Shown: positions 1-13,879 of the stretch, in pieces | Position numbering within the stretch: the first letter of the stretch is position 1 | How the letters are laid out: each line of letters begins with the position of its first letter | Assembly: GCA_024679065.1 (NCBI GenBank) | Contig: JAGIQG010000034.1 | Span: 10,602,001-10,666,000, forward strand | DNA: 64,000 nt | Reading direction: 5' to 3' | Origin: Sphyrna mokarran | Lineage: Eukaryota | Made by a program: the position numbers and the translations under genes | Notes under the pieces: model-generated | Told to the model about the DNA's origin: nothing | Databases searched by the model: none | The model's input: only the letters and a program-made list of their open reading frames with translations

Positions 1-280
1 GAGTCAAAAAACCTTCCTGCATACTTTGTACAAAAACTGACCCCTCTAATGAGCTAGAGCTATAGCTATTCCAATCAATATTAGTAAAGTTAAAGTCCCC
101 CATAACAATTACCCTATTACTTTCACTCCTGTCTAGGATCGACTTTGCAATCCTTTCCTCTACCTCTCTAGAACTTTTAGGAGGTCTATAAAAGACTCCC
201 AACAGGGTGACCTCTCCTCTCCTGTTTCTAATCTTAGCCCATACTACCTCAACAGACAAGTCCTCATCAAAGTTCCTTTC
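1..280 (-). mobile_element. CR1 LINE ORF2 endonuclease fragment
   Basis: Minus strand reads LLGVFYRPP...RVIVMGDFN (AP-endonuclease motifs). Confidence 0.8.
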
Positions 281-950
281 TGAGGGAGAACGTGCCTCTA
301 TCCACATCAATGGGGAAGTAGAAGAAAGGGTTAATAGCTTCAAGTTTTTGAGTGTGTCAGATCACCAACAACCCATCCTGGTCTCACCATGCCGACACTA
401 TAGTTAAGAAAGCCCACTAATGCCTCTACTTTTCAGAAGACGAAGGAACTTCAGCACGTCCAGCTACGACTGTCACCAATCTTTACAGATACAGCATAGA
501 AACGTTCTTTTTGGTTATATCACAGCTTGGTACGGCTCCTGCTCTGCCCAAGACCACAAGGAACTACAGAAGATCATGAATGTAGCCAAATCCATCACGC
601 AAACCAGTCTCCCCATCCATGGGCTATGTTTAGACTTCCCATTGCCTCGGCAAAGCAGCCAGCATAATTAAGGACTCCACCACACACTCTCGACGTTCTC
701 TTTTCCACCTTCTTCCATTAGAAAAATGATACAAGTCCAAGGTCACATACCAACCAAAGAACATCTTTCCTGCTGCTGTCAAACTTTTGAATGGGCTTAC
801 TTTAAATTGATTTTTTTTTATACCCTAGCTATGATTGTAACACTACTATCTGCACACTCGTTTCCTTTTCTATGAATGGTTTGCTTTGTCCAGCGCACAA
901 GAAGCAATACTTTTTGCTATTATGTAAACACATGTGACACTAATAAATCA
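281..950 (+). mobile_element. Rex1/Babar-like LINE 3' fragment, degenerate
   Basis: HINGE.ERVNSFKFL and ITAWYGSCSAQDHKELQKI, followed by a tail ending gtgacactaataaatcaa. Confidence 0.7.
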
Positions 951-969
951 AAACAGTAACGTAGGATAG

Positions 970-1690
970 ATCCCATTCGGCCCAGGAACTGCTTTAAGGT
1001 AGACTCTTTCTCTTGCTATCCTTGTACTCCTAATATATGCATAAAAGACTTTAGATTCTTCTTGACCCTGTTTGCTAAAGACATTTCATGGCCTCTTTTA
1101 GTTCTCCTAATTCCACGTTTAAGTTCCTTCCTAGTTTCACTATACTCAAGGGCTTTGTCAGTTTTTAGATGCCTAGACCTACTGCATGCTTCCTTTTGAC
1201 TAAATTTAGTTTCTCTTGGCATCCCGTGGTTCCTGAATCCTGCCATTTCTATCCTTCATTTTTGCGGGAACAAGCCTGTCTTGCACATCAATCATAGAAT
1301 TCTACAATGCAGAAGGAGGCCATTTTGCCTATCAAGTCTGCACTGACCACAATCCCACCCAGGCCCTAACCCTGTAACCCCATGCATTTACCCTAGCAAG
1401 CCCCTGACACTGAGGAGCAATTTAGCATGGCCAAATCCACACATCTTGGACTGTTGAAGGGAACCGGAGCACCCAGCGAAAACCTATGCGGATACAGGGA
1501 GAACGTGCAAACTCCACAAATAGCATTAGAAATCGGCAGGTCCCTAGCACTGAGGCAGCAATGCTAACCACTGTGCTGGGTTCCACTCTGCCCAATCAAC
1601 TGGCCTTTAAAAGCCTCCCACATGTCAGACATGGATTTTTCCCTCAAATAGCCACTCCCAATCCACATTCCTCAGTTCCTATCTAAACCC
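970..1690 (-). mobile_element. CR1 ORF2 fragment interrupted by an HE1-like SINE (about 1293-1575)
   Basis: ELKRGIRRTKRGHEMSLANRVKKNLKSF matches CR1 ORF2 (compare 50270 ORF). The SINE core ccggagcacccagcgaaaacc...gtgcaaactccaca is nested inside. Confidence 0.75.
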
Positions 1691-3799
1691 TCCAGTTCCT
1701 GTCTAAAATCAATTTGTATTTATGCTAATTCACCTTGTTTCTTTTGATTTAGGATTTATCCAGCAATTGGATTATACTTGATACATACTCTCCAAATTCA
1801 CAAAATTCGAATGGAAAAAAAAAAATCAGTAATACAAGAGTATAGAGACTTTGATTAACAGAATTTAGGTACATAATTTAGTTCTACCTGAGCCACTGCA
1901 CACTATATTGCTGCCATCCACATAAAATAGTTGTGACACAGCCGTGTGGCTAAGTTTCCTGTATTTGGATGATCAGATAATGAACCTGGATCTGACTGGC
2001 ATCCCATTCAGATTAAAACCTGGATCTGATGGTTGTACTGTAGGTAGTCGCATTGCTATAAAACACATTGCAAACCGTGCCAAGAACTGGTTTGCTCGTT
2101 CCTCAGATGGGAACAGCAGGCCAGTCACAAAACAAAAATCAGTACAAGAGCTGTTAAACCCTTTTGAGTATTTTAATATCCTTTAAATACACATCACAAC
2201 ATTTTCAAAAAAGACTCCGCCATTTTAGAGCTGCATACTATAAAGTAGAATCAGAAAAGTACAAACCACTTACAGTATTTTCAATAAACAAAACATTTGT
2301 AATCTTAATCTCTGCCCTCTCCACATCAGAGACCATGGGATCCAGGTGTTTTCCAAGTCAGCAATTAAATGTATAACATGATATAGGGAGCCATGCTTCA
2401 ATGGAGGGCTTTATTAATGATGGTGGGATGTACCTTCAATTAACATGGCAATCAGATTACTGGAAATATAGTCATTGAATCCCTACAGTGCAGAAGGAGA
2501 CCATTTGGCCCATTGAATCTGCACCAATCACAATCCCACCCACATCCTATTCCTGTAAACCCTTTTATCGTGAATCCCCCCGACACTAGGGTTAATTTTA
2601 GCATGGCCAAACAACCTAACCTGCACACCTTTGGGCATTTAGAGAGGTCAGGGCCTGTGGAAATATGATTGTCTGCATCCTACTAAAAACAACAGTTTGG
2701 CAAACAAAGCTCAAATAGCACTCCCTTTTTATTTGTTGGTCGACTTGTCAAGAATGCAGCTGGTTTCGAATAGATTGTCCATAAAAATTTACTGCTACTG
2801 TAGAGTGGGGTTATTAGGACAAGAAAAATAAATGAAATCAAGAACACAGCTTTCTTAAAACATATATTTGATATTCCAGTTTGAAATGTTTTTACATCTT
2901 GGTCGTGCCAAAACATTTTGGCAAAAGAGACATCATACACAATATCCCCCTCCATTTCCATAACTGAAGTGATTCAATGTTAAATTTACAAATCCTATCG
3001 ATAATATTTGGTCAATAAAGTTTGTTGCATCAGAGAGACAATGCTAAGTGTTGGCTTAATCACAGGAGGAGGGGGATAATAGTACACCAGCATCATCCAG
3101 CACACCAGAGTAACTCTATAAGTAATCTACACGATCCATCTTTCTCAGCAAAATCAAATAAATCACAATGCAATGCTGTTAAAGCAGCCAGCCAGATTTT
3201 ACATTTGGTTAAAATAAATGACACTCTTCCCACCAACATGATCCCACTATACTGAAGTGGATGGGGGGTGGCCACAGTGTTCCATATCACACTTTAGTTT
3301 CCAATGTCAAAATACTCTGGCCTATTGTAAACATTGGACACAAGTCTACAACAGAACTTCTGTAATTTATTTGTGGGCATGTTTTCCTGTATTGAGATGT
3401 GAGCATGATGCACAGGTCCCTATTATATGACTGACACATTCTGAAATAGGATGACAAAGCATCCCGATACCCATTACGTACACAAAACGTATGGTTAAAA
3501 TGTAGAACAGAATTCAGATGGGAACTGCAACTTCCCAGATTCCCATTACAACTTTCAGCAGTTTAATTTGTAGGAATTCTTTTGTATTCAAAATATCCAA
3601 ATCAGATGGCTGATAGCACCAACCCAGCTGTTAAAATTCCAAAACACAGAAAAATCCTACTAAGGAGTTAGTTCTATAATATTTTTCTGTTCTCTGCCCA
3701 GTAAAATTTCAGTGACACAATTTGTCCTGTGATACTTTGCCAAGGTGGCCCTTCTTTATACAGTGAGCCCAGACAGTGAACATACAGCTAGCTAAAGTT

Positions 3800-4075
3800 T
3801 AAAGTTTATTTATTAGCCACAAGTAAGGCTTACATTAACACTGCAATGATGTTACTGTGAAATTCCAAGTCACCACACTCCAGCGCCTGTTCAGGTCAAT
3901 GCACCTAATCAGCATGTCTTTCAGACTGTGGGAAGAAACTGGAGCACCCGGAAGAAGCTCACGCAGACACAGGGAGAACATGCAAACTCCACAGATAGAG
4001 AGTCAAGCCAGGAATCAAACCTTGGTTCCTGTTGCTGAGACAGCCATGGGCTGCCCAAACTATCACTGTTGGCCA
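3800..4075 (-). mobile_element. HE1-like SINE variant
   Basis: SINE core gtgggaagaaactggagcacccgg, with an end (cacaagtaaggcttacattaacactgcaatg) shared with the copies at about 40545 and 44725. Confidence 0.7.
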
Positions 4076-4439
4076 GGAGGAAAATCACAGCCTAGTCCAA
4101 TGCTGGCCACACGTATGCACCCCTCAGCTGTAACTACCAGAAGTCCAGCAATTTGCAGCCACCTTAACCAATTGTCTCCCCTCCCTATCCTAAGGCTGGA
4201 ATGGTGAATCTCCACTTAGTACATGCTGATTGGTTGACAACCTGTTAAATACAGCAGAACCTGGTATTTAAAGCATGAGGCTTTCCGCGTAGCAGCCAGG
4301 ATTTCAACATATTTGCTGTTAAATATTAAAGCTATTTAACTGAATCACTTTGTTTCATTATGTATTCTGAGCAGAGAACTGTGCAGCAAACCAGATAGAT
4401 GAGGAGATGGATTGTTGAAAACCAAATTCCAAGATCCAT

Positions 4440-7374
4440 TTTATTTATACGCAAGAGAGGAATAAAATCGATAGGATCTTTATTTTCAAACTATAAACTT
4501 CAGATTTTAGTGAACAAAATATCACTTAGTTTTCAGGGCAACACAGAATGACGCCACATTTCTGAAATACAACATTAGCACATTTAACTTGCAATTGACG
4601 GTATACTACTTTTAACAAATGAAAAATAAAAAACAAATTTAAAAAGGCAATACTTAATTACATTCAACCTGTTCCAGCATTTCAGTGTTTAATTCCTCCC
4701 TGGGAGAGAGAGATTGTTCTTAGTATTTATTACAAATAGGTTTATCATAATTTATTATTGTACCCTGTGGCTAAAAGCCCGCATGGATGAGTAAATGTAA
4801 AATACAGAGTTACAATTTGCTTTTCCGGGTGACAAGACACAGACAAGTGTCACCTTTCACAATTGCACAAGTTGGAGGTTACTGACTCCTTCCTCGTAAC
4901 TTACAGTGCAATATCCATTTGTCTGCAATGATGGCACCATCTATCTCCCAAGCCTCTCAGCACTGTTTCCCCATGTACCACAGAACATGGCATACATTCC
5001 CTGGTGCTAGACAGTGCTCTTGCACAAAACCACGCCGCACCTAAGCCTTTTCCAAGGAGCAGAAAGTCTTTTCTCCCTCCAGCCTCCCCAGAATGTGCCA
5101 GAAGGCTTTAACTTCAATTCCCATTCCCTCACCTCCTCTCTAAACATGACACTGCAAAATGTCACCAAATATATTGGATATTTTCTTCCACCAATACTGA
5201 ATTTAACTAAGGGGATACAAAGGTTGACAAGAATATTTTGGCTGTAAATGACTGCAAGAACAACTTGCACAAAAGCCCTCACTTTTTGCCATGCTCTTGC
5301 TAAATTTCAGTAATATTTGGGCAAATATTTTGCTGGTACAGCCCCATTTACCCCAAAAGATTTGGGCACGGATTTACCTCTTGTTCCATGTCATAATAGC
5401 TGATTGACAGATTGCCATTTTTGAAGACTTTTTTAAGGAATCAATAGTTAAACTAGAAAACAAGTCTCTGGCTTCACGTTAGCTCCTGGTCCCATCCAGA
5501 GATTTTGTTTTAAAAAGCCATGGTCATTCAGAAGTCACTTGGGGAGCAGTGATCATTTAGCTGGCACCATGCTACTCAGGAACTCTGTCTTAAAACGGAA
5601 ACATCACGTCGCTCAAGTTATCAATTGCATCGTGAATTGAAATCACCTTGTAGTTAAACAGATGTAAAGTGCTTTGTTTTATTTATTAATGATTTGAGTT
5701 ACAATAATTCCTGATTTTATGGTGAAAGAGTGCAGCGATTGGTAAATGTATTGAGAACGGTTTGTCTTATGAGTTACCATCCCTTGCATGCGCCTGTACC
5801 TGAGGCAATGCACACATACATATCATGCCAATAACTGTCACCATTCAACACTAAACGTATCACTTTTGCAAAGGGAATTGTATTTGCCTGGTCTCTGTTT
5901 AGAAAAATAGCTCTGTCACGTCAGATAGCCGATTGGGAGCTCAGAATGGTTTTCAATGGTGAAGTTGGCTGAACAGCACTGGTTGCCAACGTGCAAGCAT
6001 AAAAGCACAGCTATCAGTTTGAAGCCAGAAGTGGAACCGTCCAATAGCGGCTGTTCAAAACTGCTGCAGGAAGTAATTAGTAAGGGAAGGAAGAGTTTGA
6101 GGAGAAAATAGCATGTGAACAAACTGCAGGTCATTTAAGGAAAAAGCACCTTATTTCTGCTCATGCTGAGTGACCTGTCGCAGCCCTTCCTAGGATAAGC
6201 AGGTCCAGCTGCATGCTCCTGAAACCCGACTCATTTCAACATGCACACTTGATGAGTGGATTTTTGTTTTGTGCTTGCTGATTACGCCAGGAAATGAAAG
6301 ATTTGTTGCTTGCAAGCAAGCATATATACAACATAGTGGCTTTAATGGGAGAGCAGGTTTGAGATTTATATATATATATATATAATATATTTTTTTTAAA
6401 AAAATTCATTAGACCAGAAAAGTGGTACTGATGAAAAGGGCTTTCTCAAAGTATCAGACTCACTGTCCAGCGACCACATCATGAAGTACTTCTTGCACAC
6501 TGATTAAAAATATATTTTAGAGAATTTTATCTGTCTCTGGAGTGCACAGATTACTCTGATAACACACTTAACAAAAAAGCTTTTGGCAAAAAAAACATAG
6601 AATCTGCTTTTATTCACCTCCCACCTCCTCAACACAGAAAAGTATCTCATTTTAAAAACTTACAGTTTCAGTGATCTTACTGGATGTGAAATGATGAATG
6701 AAGGCGTGTCTGATTTCTTCGATGAGGCCCACACAGTCGATTACAATGTCTCTAATAATCAAGTATGCAGTCCATTGCAAGTTGCATTTATTTCAGGAGT
6801 ATTTCAGACAATGCGGTAAAACCCATTATCCTATACAGTCACTGCTGATCCAACTTTCACTGCTTTTTATTTTGAAGTGATAGCTAAAGTCGCAGCAAGA
6901 CCAGTTTTAAAAAAAAATAATAAGATAATACATGTATGAATTATCACCTTTTAACGGTCCATAGCACGCATCACATTTGGGAATGTTATTCTTTAAAACC
7001 CAACCCAACTGATGACCATAGAATAAACAAAATATGCCGCTTGGTGCTGCTATTTCACCAGTGACTTGATCGCATCAAACACTGCCAGATCAAATCAGGT
7101 CTACGGTGATAAGAGAAACAACTTAGTTGTGGCAGCAGTAATGCAACACCACATGGTGCAACATTCTGTCTTTATCTTGCTGCAGTTCAGCGCTGCCTAA
7201 TTTATACATGACCCTCTTGTATATATGCAGTGTAGTGTACACAGATACCAAGTGAGTCAGACATCTATAGAAAAACTACAACACATCATGCATGATGTAA
7301 GAAAAGAAATGAAAAAATATCATTTTGAGTTTTGTGGTTCTTTTTTTTTTTGTCTTGATTTTTTTTTTGTTGAA
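4440..7374 (-). other. ATF7IP: Probable ATF7IP 3' UTR
   Basis: About 3 kb with no recognisable repeats, AT-rich, directly downstream of the stop. Several minus-strand AATAAA hexamers (near 6870, 6790, 6610, 5680, 4750, 4725, 4440). True end unknown. Confidence 0.55.
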
Positions 7375-7791
7375 TTAATTACCCTGAGTCGACATCACAT
7401 CTGTCGACTGTGGATCACAGAATGCCCCATATCGGCCATAAATGTCCTTTGCTCGGACTGCAAAGTAGTACTTGCTTCCGGACACAAACTGAGTGAGGGT
7501 GCAGGCCATGGGAAGCGGCAATGCCTTCACTTCGCCAATCTTCTTCCACTGGGAAGGGGTTGTGGTAGCAGGATCTTCATGGTAGGCGTAGAGGTGATAG
7601 CTGTCCACAAGCGCACAAGAGCGGTCTACTTCCAGGACACTCCAGGACAGGACTATTCCATTCTGACTCTGGACGCGGGCGAGCTTGAGGTGAGGCTTCT
7701 GAGGTGGAGAAGTATTAGCAGCCTCTGGAGGTAACCGCTGTGGTGGCTGGGCCTCAGGGAGTGGTGCCGGGTGGATGGGTCGAGGTGGCTC
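7375..7791 (-). CDS. ATF7IP: ATF7IP terminal coding exon (C-terminal fibronectin type III domain)
   Basis: [14 protein letters not shown]...[30 protein letters not shown]...[39 protein letters not shown] is near-identical to the vertebrate ATF7IP C-terminus. Acceptor tcaatacag|GAG, phase 0; stop TAA. Confidence 0.97.
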   Translation of the reverse strand, partial: EPPRPIHPAPLPEAQPPQRLPPEAANTSPPQKPHLKLARVQSQNGIVLSWSVLEVDRSCALVDSYHLYAYHEDPATTTPSQWKKIGEVKALPLPMACTLTQFVSGSKYYFAVRAKDIYGRYGAFCDPQSTDVMSTQGN

Positions 7792-8069
7792 CTGTATTGA
7801 AACAGACAATGCAGAAAGTCATTTTCAAACTCGAACGCTGAGAAATTCTATGACATGACTCTGCAAAAAAAAAAAGCAATTAGTGTAACATTTATGAAGA
7901 AGCGAGGCTCCAAGAAATCTGACAAAGTGAGGCTCTGGAGAATCTAAATAAGTTCCATAAGTAGCGAAGGAATAAAGAAAGAAAAAGATATGCATGGGAG
8001 TGAAGAAGTAGAACGGGAGGAGGATTATGACGATCATAAATAATAAATTAGTGAGGTTGCTAGGTGAGA

Positions 8070-8362
8070 TATAGTGGCATAATGATTAGCACTGCTGTAT
8101 CACAACGCCAGAGTCTCAGTTCAATTCAAGCCTCTCTCTGTGTGGAGTTTACATATTCTCCCCGTGTCTGGGTTTCCTCTAGATGCTCCTGTTTCCTCCA
8201 AAGATGTGCAGGTTAGGTTGATTGGCCGTGCCAAATTGCTCCTTCGAGTCCAGGGGGCTGACAGGATAAATAAGTGGGGTTACGGGTATAGGGCTTGGAT
8301 AGGATTGTGATCTGCGCAGACCCGATAGGCCAAATGGCCTCTTCTGCACTTTAGATTTTCTA
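8070..8362 (+). mobile_element. HE1-like tRNA-derived SINE
   Basis: A/B-box-like head, core tgtggagttt...ctccccgtgtctg and CR1-type tail ggccaaatggcctcttctgcact. Confidence 0.75.
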
Positions 8363-9208
8363 CACTAATGTGCTGTAAACTCCATGTAAAATCTTACAAT
8401 ACTGATAAAAGTCACAGGATCCACAGGAATTATTTTTACGGCAAAGATTTGCAACTATAGAAGGAGTAATGCTTCAGTTCTATAGAGTCTTGATCAAATC
8501 TCATTTAAAGTACTACGTTCAGTTCAGGGCACTGCACCTCAAGAAGGATACATGAGCGTTGGAGTTTGCATAGAGCACAGTCACTAGAATGAAAACGGGA
8601 CTTAAAGGGTTAAATTATGAGGGCGTGTTGAATAAACCTAACTTGTATTCCCCCGAGTTTAGGGAAAAGATAACATTAAAAATAACTTGTTTGTATTACA
8701 ATCAAGAGTGCCAGCTAAAACATTTAATTCATTGATTGAGAATAGTCTTGAAACCAATCTCAAATGGAAGAATTCTGCAGAGAATCTACTATCAGAAGAT
8801 TCCACTGGTGGTGAGCAGAAGGGGAATGAACAAGAGTTTAAATGTTATTTTTGATAAAGTAAGACGTGGAATTTTGTAATCGCTTTTTCTCTATTGGTGT
8901 TTATATAATGCCTTGTGGCATTCACAGCTCTCAAGTGTTTTAAATTACTTCCCAACTTTAAGAAAATTAAATTAAAAAATAGGAGAAAGAGGTTTAGATC
9001 ATGATTTGAAGCAGCAGGTTGTACAAGTAAATAATAGAACTGTTAAAGTAGCAAGATTTCTGACCAAAACACCAGCTTTACAACTGCATACCCTGGCAAC
9101 TGTGAACATATTTTTATTATGCAGCTTAATAGAAGACATACTTTATTTTCCATGTCCATCATTACAATGGTGAAATTCCAAACAAGAAAGCCTTCTGCAC
9201 ATCAGGAC

Positions 9209-9438
9209 TCTGCCAGACAAGGGGCAGATATACCACTGTACACAGATCTCCTTCAGGAAGGTGCAGATAAACCATTGCATATAGGTTTCTGTCAGGAAGG
9301 TGCGGATACACTACTGTATACAGGTCGCTGCAGGCAAGGGGCAGATAACCATTATACACAAGTCACTGCCAGGCAAGGGGCAGATACATGACTGTACTTA
9401 GGTGTCTGCCAGATAAGGGGTGGATACACTATCTGTAC
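9209..9438. repeat. Degenerate minisatellite, about 39-40 bp x 6
   Basis: Unit approximately tgccaggcaaggggcagatacaccactgtayacaggtc. Confidence 0.85.
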
Positions 9439-9814
9439 CAGTCATCAGGCTGCAGAGTAGTTGGGACAGTTGCAAGGTTGCTTATCTCATTCCTGGACAC
9501 GTGTAGAAATGACTGCCCTCACTCATCACCGCTTTCCTGATAGAACGATCAAGCTCTTGGGGTCTATGCAGGGTTACCAACTGAGATCAGCTAGCTTAGC
9601 AAGATCTGTTCATCATCAACATCACATTACTACTGAATTTCATAACAAACTTTCTTGAAGCTGGGATTCTACCTACAAATTCAAACGATCCTGGCTGAAA
9701 CAGGTGGCAGAAAGCCTCCCCTCAAAGCTGGATGTCACCTGACTGATTGTGGCTAATGCTCTATTATTGTAAAGATTGCAGTGTGTGTATACATTGACAC
9801 TTAGCATGTCTTAC

Positions 9815-9921
9815 CTGTGTAGGCCGATGATGTACTGTGAACTGAGGCATATTGGGCATCACAGGAATGGAGATTACATTGTTCACAATGTAAGATGTTT
9901 GAGGCAGCCGGACTGACATAC
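9815..9921 (-). CDS. ATF7IP: ATF7IP penultimate coding exon
   Basis: (G)MSVRLPQTSYIVNNVISIPVMPNMPQFTVHHRPTQ resembles the mammalian VRVPQTTTYVVNN...LTVHHRPPQ segment. Acceptor tagcag| (tandem NAGNAG), donor CAG|gtaaga, phase 1 to 0. Confidence 0.92.
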
Positions 9922-10714
9922 CTGCTACGTAAAAGGCAATGATTTATTTCGGAGGATTGCACATCCCATCTTGCATCTGGGCAAGAGGGTGAGTTACTAC
10001 CAGAATATGTCTTTGTCTAGGTATCATAAAAAGGCACTTTAGTTGAAAAGCTTAAACTTCTTGTAACATTTTATTGCAGCCCATGAAAGATGATGTTGTT
10101 CAGATTAATGATTATAGCATTCCAAAATAAAACACCCAAAGAATTACCTTGGTCAGCAGTGAGCAGTTTGGTCAGGCAAACTGAAGGATGCAGTGACCTT
10201 ACACTTAATCAGTAGTTACATTACGCCCACTGAAGTAATATTCCAAAGAATAATTGTGAAGAATTTTTCATTAGGCATGTGAAAATAAGGGAGTAGAGAT
10301 CTTGTCCTGTCCAACAAATCAGCCACGGGTTCCCAGCCAACTGCCCCATCCTATTTAAATAATGAATACCTATAAATTTGTCAAAAAGTCATTATCACTG
10401 GTAAAATTCTTTACATCCTAGTAGTATTATCCAATTATTTAACAGTAGCCATGCTAACTGAGAACCTGAGTACATTATTATTGCAGAACAGCATACCTGT
10501 AAAAGGCCAGCCACTATAGGACAACTGGGATTTGTTCTTTGTGCTCAAAATCAAACCAAGACACAAAATCAGTCAAATAACAAAAATCCAGCTAGTCTAT
10601 TCCAGCCTGACTTGTAGTGCTGCGATGCCATAAGCATCAGGTTAAAAATGTTAGCCTACATTCAGAGGACCTGGATATCCTGGTGTATAAATCACAGGAA
10701 GGTAACATTCAGAT

Positions 10715-10965
10715 ACCAAAGGAAAAAATGCTGGAAAATCTCAGCAGGTCTGGCAGCATCTGTAAGGAGAGAGAAGGGCTGACGTTTTGAGTCGAGATAA
10801 CCCTTTCACAAAGCTTCAATGTCTGCCAATGCAGCTTTGACAAAGGGTCATCTGGACTCGAAATGTCAGCCCTTCTCTCTCCTTACAGATGCTGCCAGAC
10901 CTGCTGGGATTTTCCAGCATTTCCTCTTCTGGTTTTAGATTCTTCATCTGCAGTAATTTGCTTTT
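10715..10965. mobile_element. Palindromic element, probably Penelope-like terminal repeat derived, inserted in an old CR1 remnant
   Basis: Inverted arms of about 90 bp (atgctggaaaatctcagcaggtctggcagcatctgtaaggagagagaagggctgac / gtcagcccttctctctccttacagatgctgccagacctgctgggattttccagcat). Confidence 0.7.
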
Positions 10966-11275
10966 AGCATCCAGGTACAGTGAGCAACTAGGAAGGCAAA
11001 TGGTATTGTGAGTTCTTGCTACAAAGGGATCGAGTATAAGAATGAATAAGTCTTAGCAAAATTATACTCTATAATTATGGCTGTGTGGGGAGAGTTTCCA
11101 AATTCTTGTTCCCAGCACAACTCCAGCTTGATCAATAAGAAGGATCCAACTGCTGACTGTGTACCACAGGCCATTTACTAGCTTGTTTAAGTAATAATGC
11201 ACAAACAGATTAGAGATATACTGTTCAAGACTGATCTTTCCCTTACAGTAGGCTAAACTTAAACAGTATCCTTAC

Positions 11276-11497
11276 CACTAACAGGTGGCTGAGGGCTGGG
11301 TTGTCGCATAGCTTGGCTTTGCGTTGTGACAGCACGCACTGGATTGTGACTTTGGTATGGAGGGGGTGTTGTAAAAACTGTTGGGTTCGTACTTCCTCTT
11401 TGAAGAGTGGGGAGTGGTGGTCTCACAGGGGCCTGTGACGTTGGTGGTGGTGGCATCGGCGGACGTTGATGCTGAAGCATGTTTGTACTCGTTTGCC
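11276..11497 (-). CDS. ATF7IP: ATF7IP internal Pro/Gln/Thr-rich exon
   Basis: Acceptor ttctttttgtag|GG, donor AGTG|gtaagg, phase 1 to 1. Encodes QTSTNMLQHQRPPMPPPP...RPPLPTLQR. Confidence 0.88.
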
Positions 11498-12534
11498 CTA
11501 CAAAAAGAACACTTTGAACATTTTGTCATGACTGCTCCACATTTTTAATGAGGTCTTTTTAAAATGAGAAATGCAATTATTAAATCTTTCATGATCTGAA
11601 TGTCCGAAAGCATTTTCCAGCCAATTAAGTTGTTAAAATTATTACACATAATCAATGTAAAAAAAAAACCCAGCTAATTTGCGCACAGCAAATATCCACA
11701 CACATTAATGTGACACCATTATTGGCCTCTCTTAACATTCTGAAAAATCAGTGCTAACATAAACACGCCAAGGTACTTAATGTAATATTCCGAGAAGCAA
11801 AACAGAATTATTTCATAAAGTCTGTCAACTCCAGCTACTGAAAATGGTGGTAATGGTTATACATCTCATTTTTTCCTAATTTCTACTTGAAAACAGAGAG
11901 AAAAATCGCTCGGAAAACTCAACCTGTAATGTCCAGTGTAATAAAGCCAGCCAGTTCATGAAGGTTAAGTTGATCTTTCTCTACACTCAAGTTATGGCTG
12001 TTAACACTACAATCTGCACTCTCTCCTTCATTATGAATGGGATGCTTCGTCTGTGTAGCACGCAAAAAGCAACGCTTTTCACTGTATACTAATACGTGTG
12101 ACAATAATAAATCAAGATTAAGGAAATAAAGGGCTCGCATTGCTATACTGCCTTTCACGGATTCAAAACACCCCAAAGCATTTCACAGTCAATGAATGGA
12201 GCAGCCAATTTGCACATAGCGAGCTTCTGCAAACAGCAATATGACAAAGGTGTTACAATCTGTTTTCGTGAGGGATAAATATCGGCCAGGACATTGGGAA
12301 AGCTTCCCCCCAGTTCTCTTGGGTTCTTTTATGTCCACTGCCATGGTTTACTACTTAATCCAAAAGATTTCTTTTGAATGGTGTAACATTCCCCTCAGTA
12401 CTGCATTGAAGTGCCAGCTCAGATCTTCCTCAAGTTTCGAAAGGGTAACTATTACTAACTCTCACCCCTCCTCAACCCTATCACTACTGCTGGATATGAT
12501 CTGAAAATCCGACCATTAACTTTGGTTCCAATAC

Positions 12535-12765
12535 CTGTTAGTACTCTACCTGCAGACACACTATGCACGTTGGTCGTCTGTATGGTTAACCCAACCGTAC
12601 CCGGGCTGTTCTGGGGCGCTGGCAAGTGGGGCTGTGTCGGTGTCTGCTGCGGAGAAATTCCCTGGGGAGCTGCAGGGGGTCTGACCTGCGGCTGGGTAAC
12701 AGTGGGTGAAGATACTGGAAGCTGAGTTGCTCCTTGGTTAACAGCCTGGTTCTGTTTCTTGGCTT
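12535..12765 (-). CDS. ATF7IP: ATF7IP internal Pro/Gln-rich exon
   Basis: Acceptor tattttcttgcccag|AA, phase 1. Two in-phase candidate donors (exon end 12550 gtagag or 12535 gtattg). Encodes AKKQNQAVNQGATQLPVSSP...TIQTT. Confidence 0.85.
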
Positions 12766-13879
12766 CTGGGCAAGAAAATAGCACATCAAACTTTTGCAAA
12801 CATTCATAGTACAATACCACCCTAAATAGAAGGACAGAACATTTATACATACAAATACTTATACAGTCACTGTTCTGCAGATTTAGTCTAACCAGTGTTT
12901 TGTAAGTGGAGCACCCCTTCTACTAACTTGTGTTCCAATCCTCTAGATGGCAATATCTGCACTCCATTAGTCTTTGATTATTTTCATATAATTGTTAGGG
13001 TGCAGTAGGAGGCCATTCGGCCCATTAAGCCTGCATCGACAACAATCCCAGCCAGACCCTATTCTGTATCCCCTGCTAATTCCCCTGACACCAAGTGGCA
13101 ATTTAGTGTGGCCAATCCGCCTAACCCACACATTCTTGGATTTTCTGTCCTTGTGCATGATATTTCAATGATCTATGTACCAGGAGCTCCAAGTCACTTT
13201 GAACCTCCATTGCTTTTCACTTTTCATCATTCATAAAGAACCATGTTGTATCCTTTTTTCTATCCAAACTAACACTTGACGCTTGCTTATATTGAAATCT
13301 ATTCACTAACATATCCATCATCTTCACTGCTTGCAATGCTGCTCATCTTTGTGACATTGGCAAATGTGGATTATAGCTTTCTATCCCATGATTTTAGTCA
13401 TTAACAAATATGGTGGAAGCGAGAACCCAACACAATTGCAGGAAAATGCTAGTCACCTACTTTTAATTTGAGTACCAGACCATTACTTCTACTCAGTCTC
13501 TTGCCATCAGTCAATTTTCTATCTAGATCAATAAGCTGCCTTCAATTTCATGGATTTTAGCTTTAGGCAGCAGTCTTTTTTATCAAATGTCTCTGGAAGT
13601 CCATATAAATAACATCCATAGATATTCACCTGTTGACTTAAGTTGTTCTTCGAGAAATTCAAATTATTCACATCAGATGCGAGCTGCCCTTTAGAACCCA
13701 TGCTAGTTCCCTCGGATCAGCTGAAATTTGAGGTATTCAGCCTAACAACGACAGACTGCAGCAATTTCCCAAGACACTGGCTTCTAATTTTCCCCTCACC
13801 TTCTTTAAATAGCAGAGTTACATGCATCATTTTCAATTTTAAAGTATGGCTTAAAAATAGAGAATACTTTGGAAGACTA

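Noticed and set aside
7225-7734. 169-aa plus-strand ORF
   Set aside because: Antisense shadow of the ATF7IP FN3 exon; no recognisable protein.
9209-9438. Regularly spaced repeat as a CRISPR array or repeat protein
   Set aside because: Vertebrate DNA, no unique spacers, degenerate tandem units with indels; it is a minisatellite.
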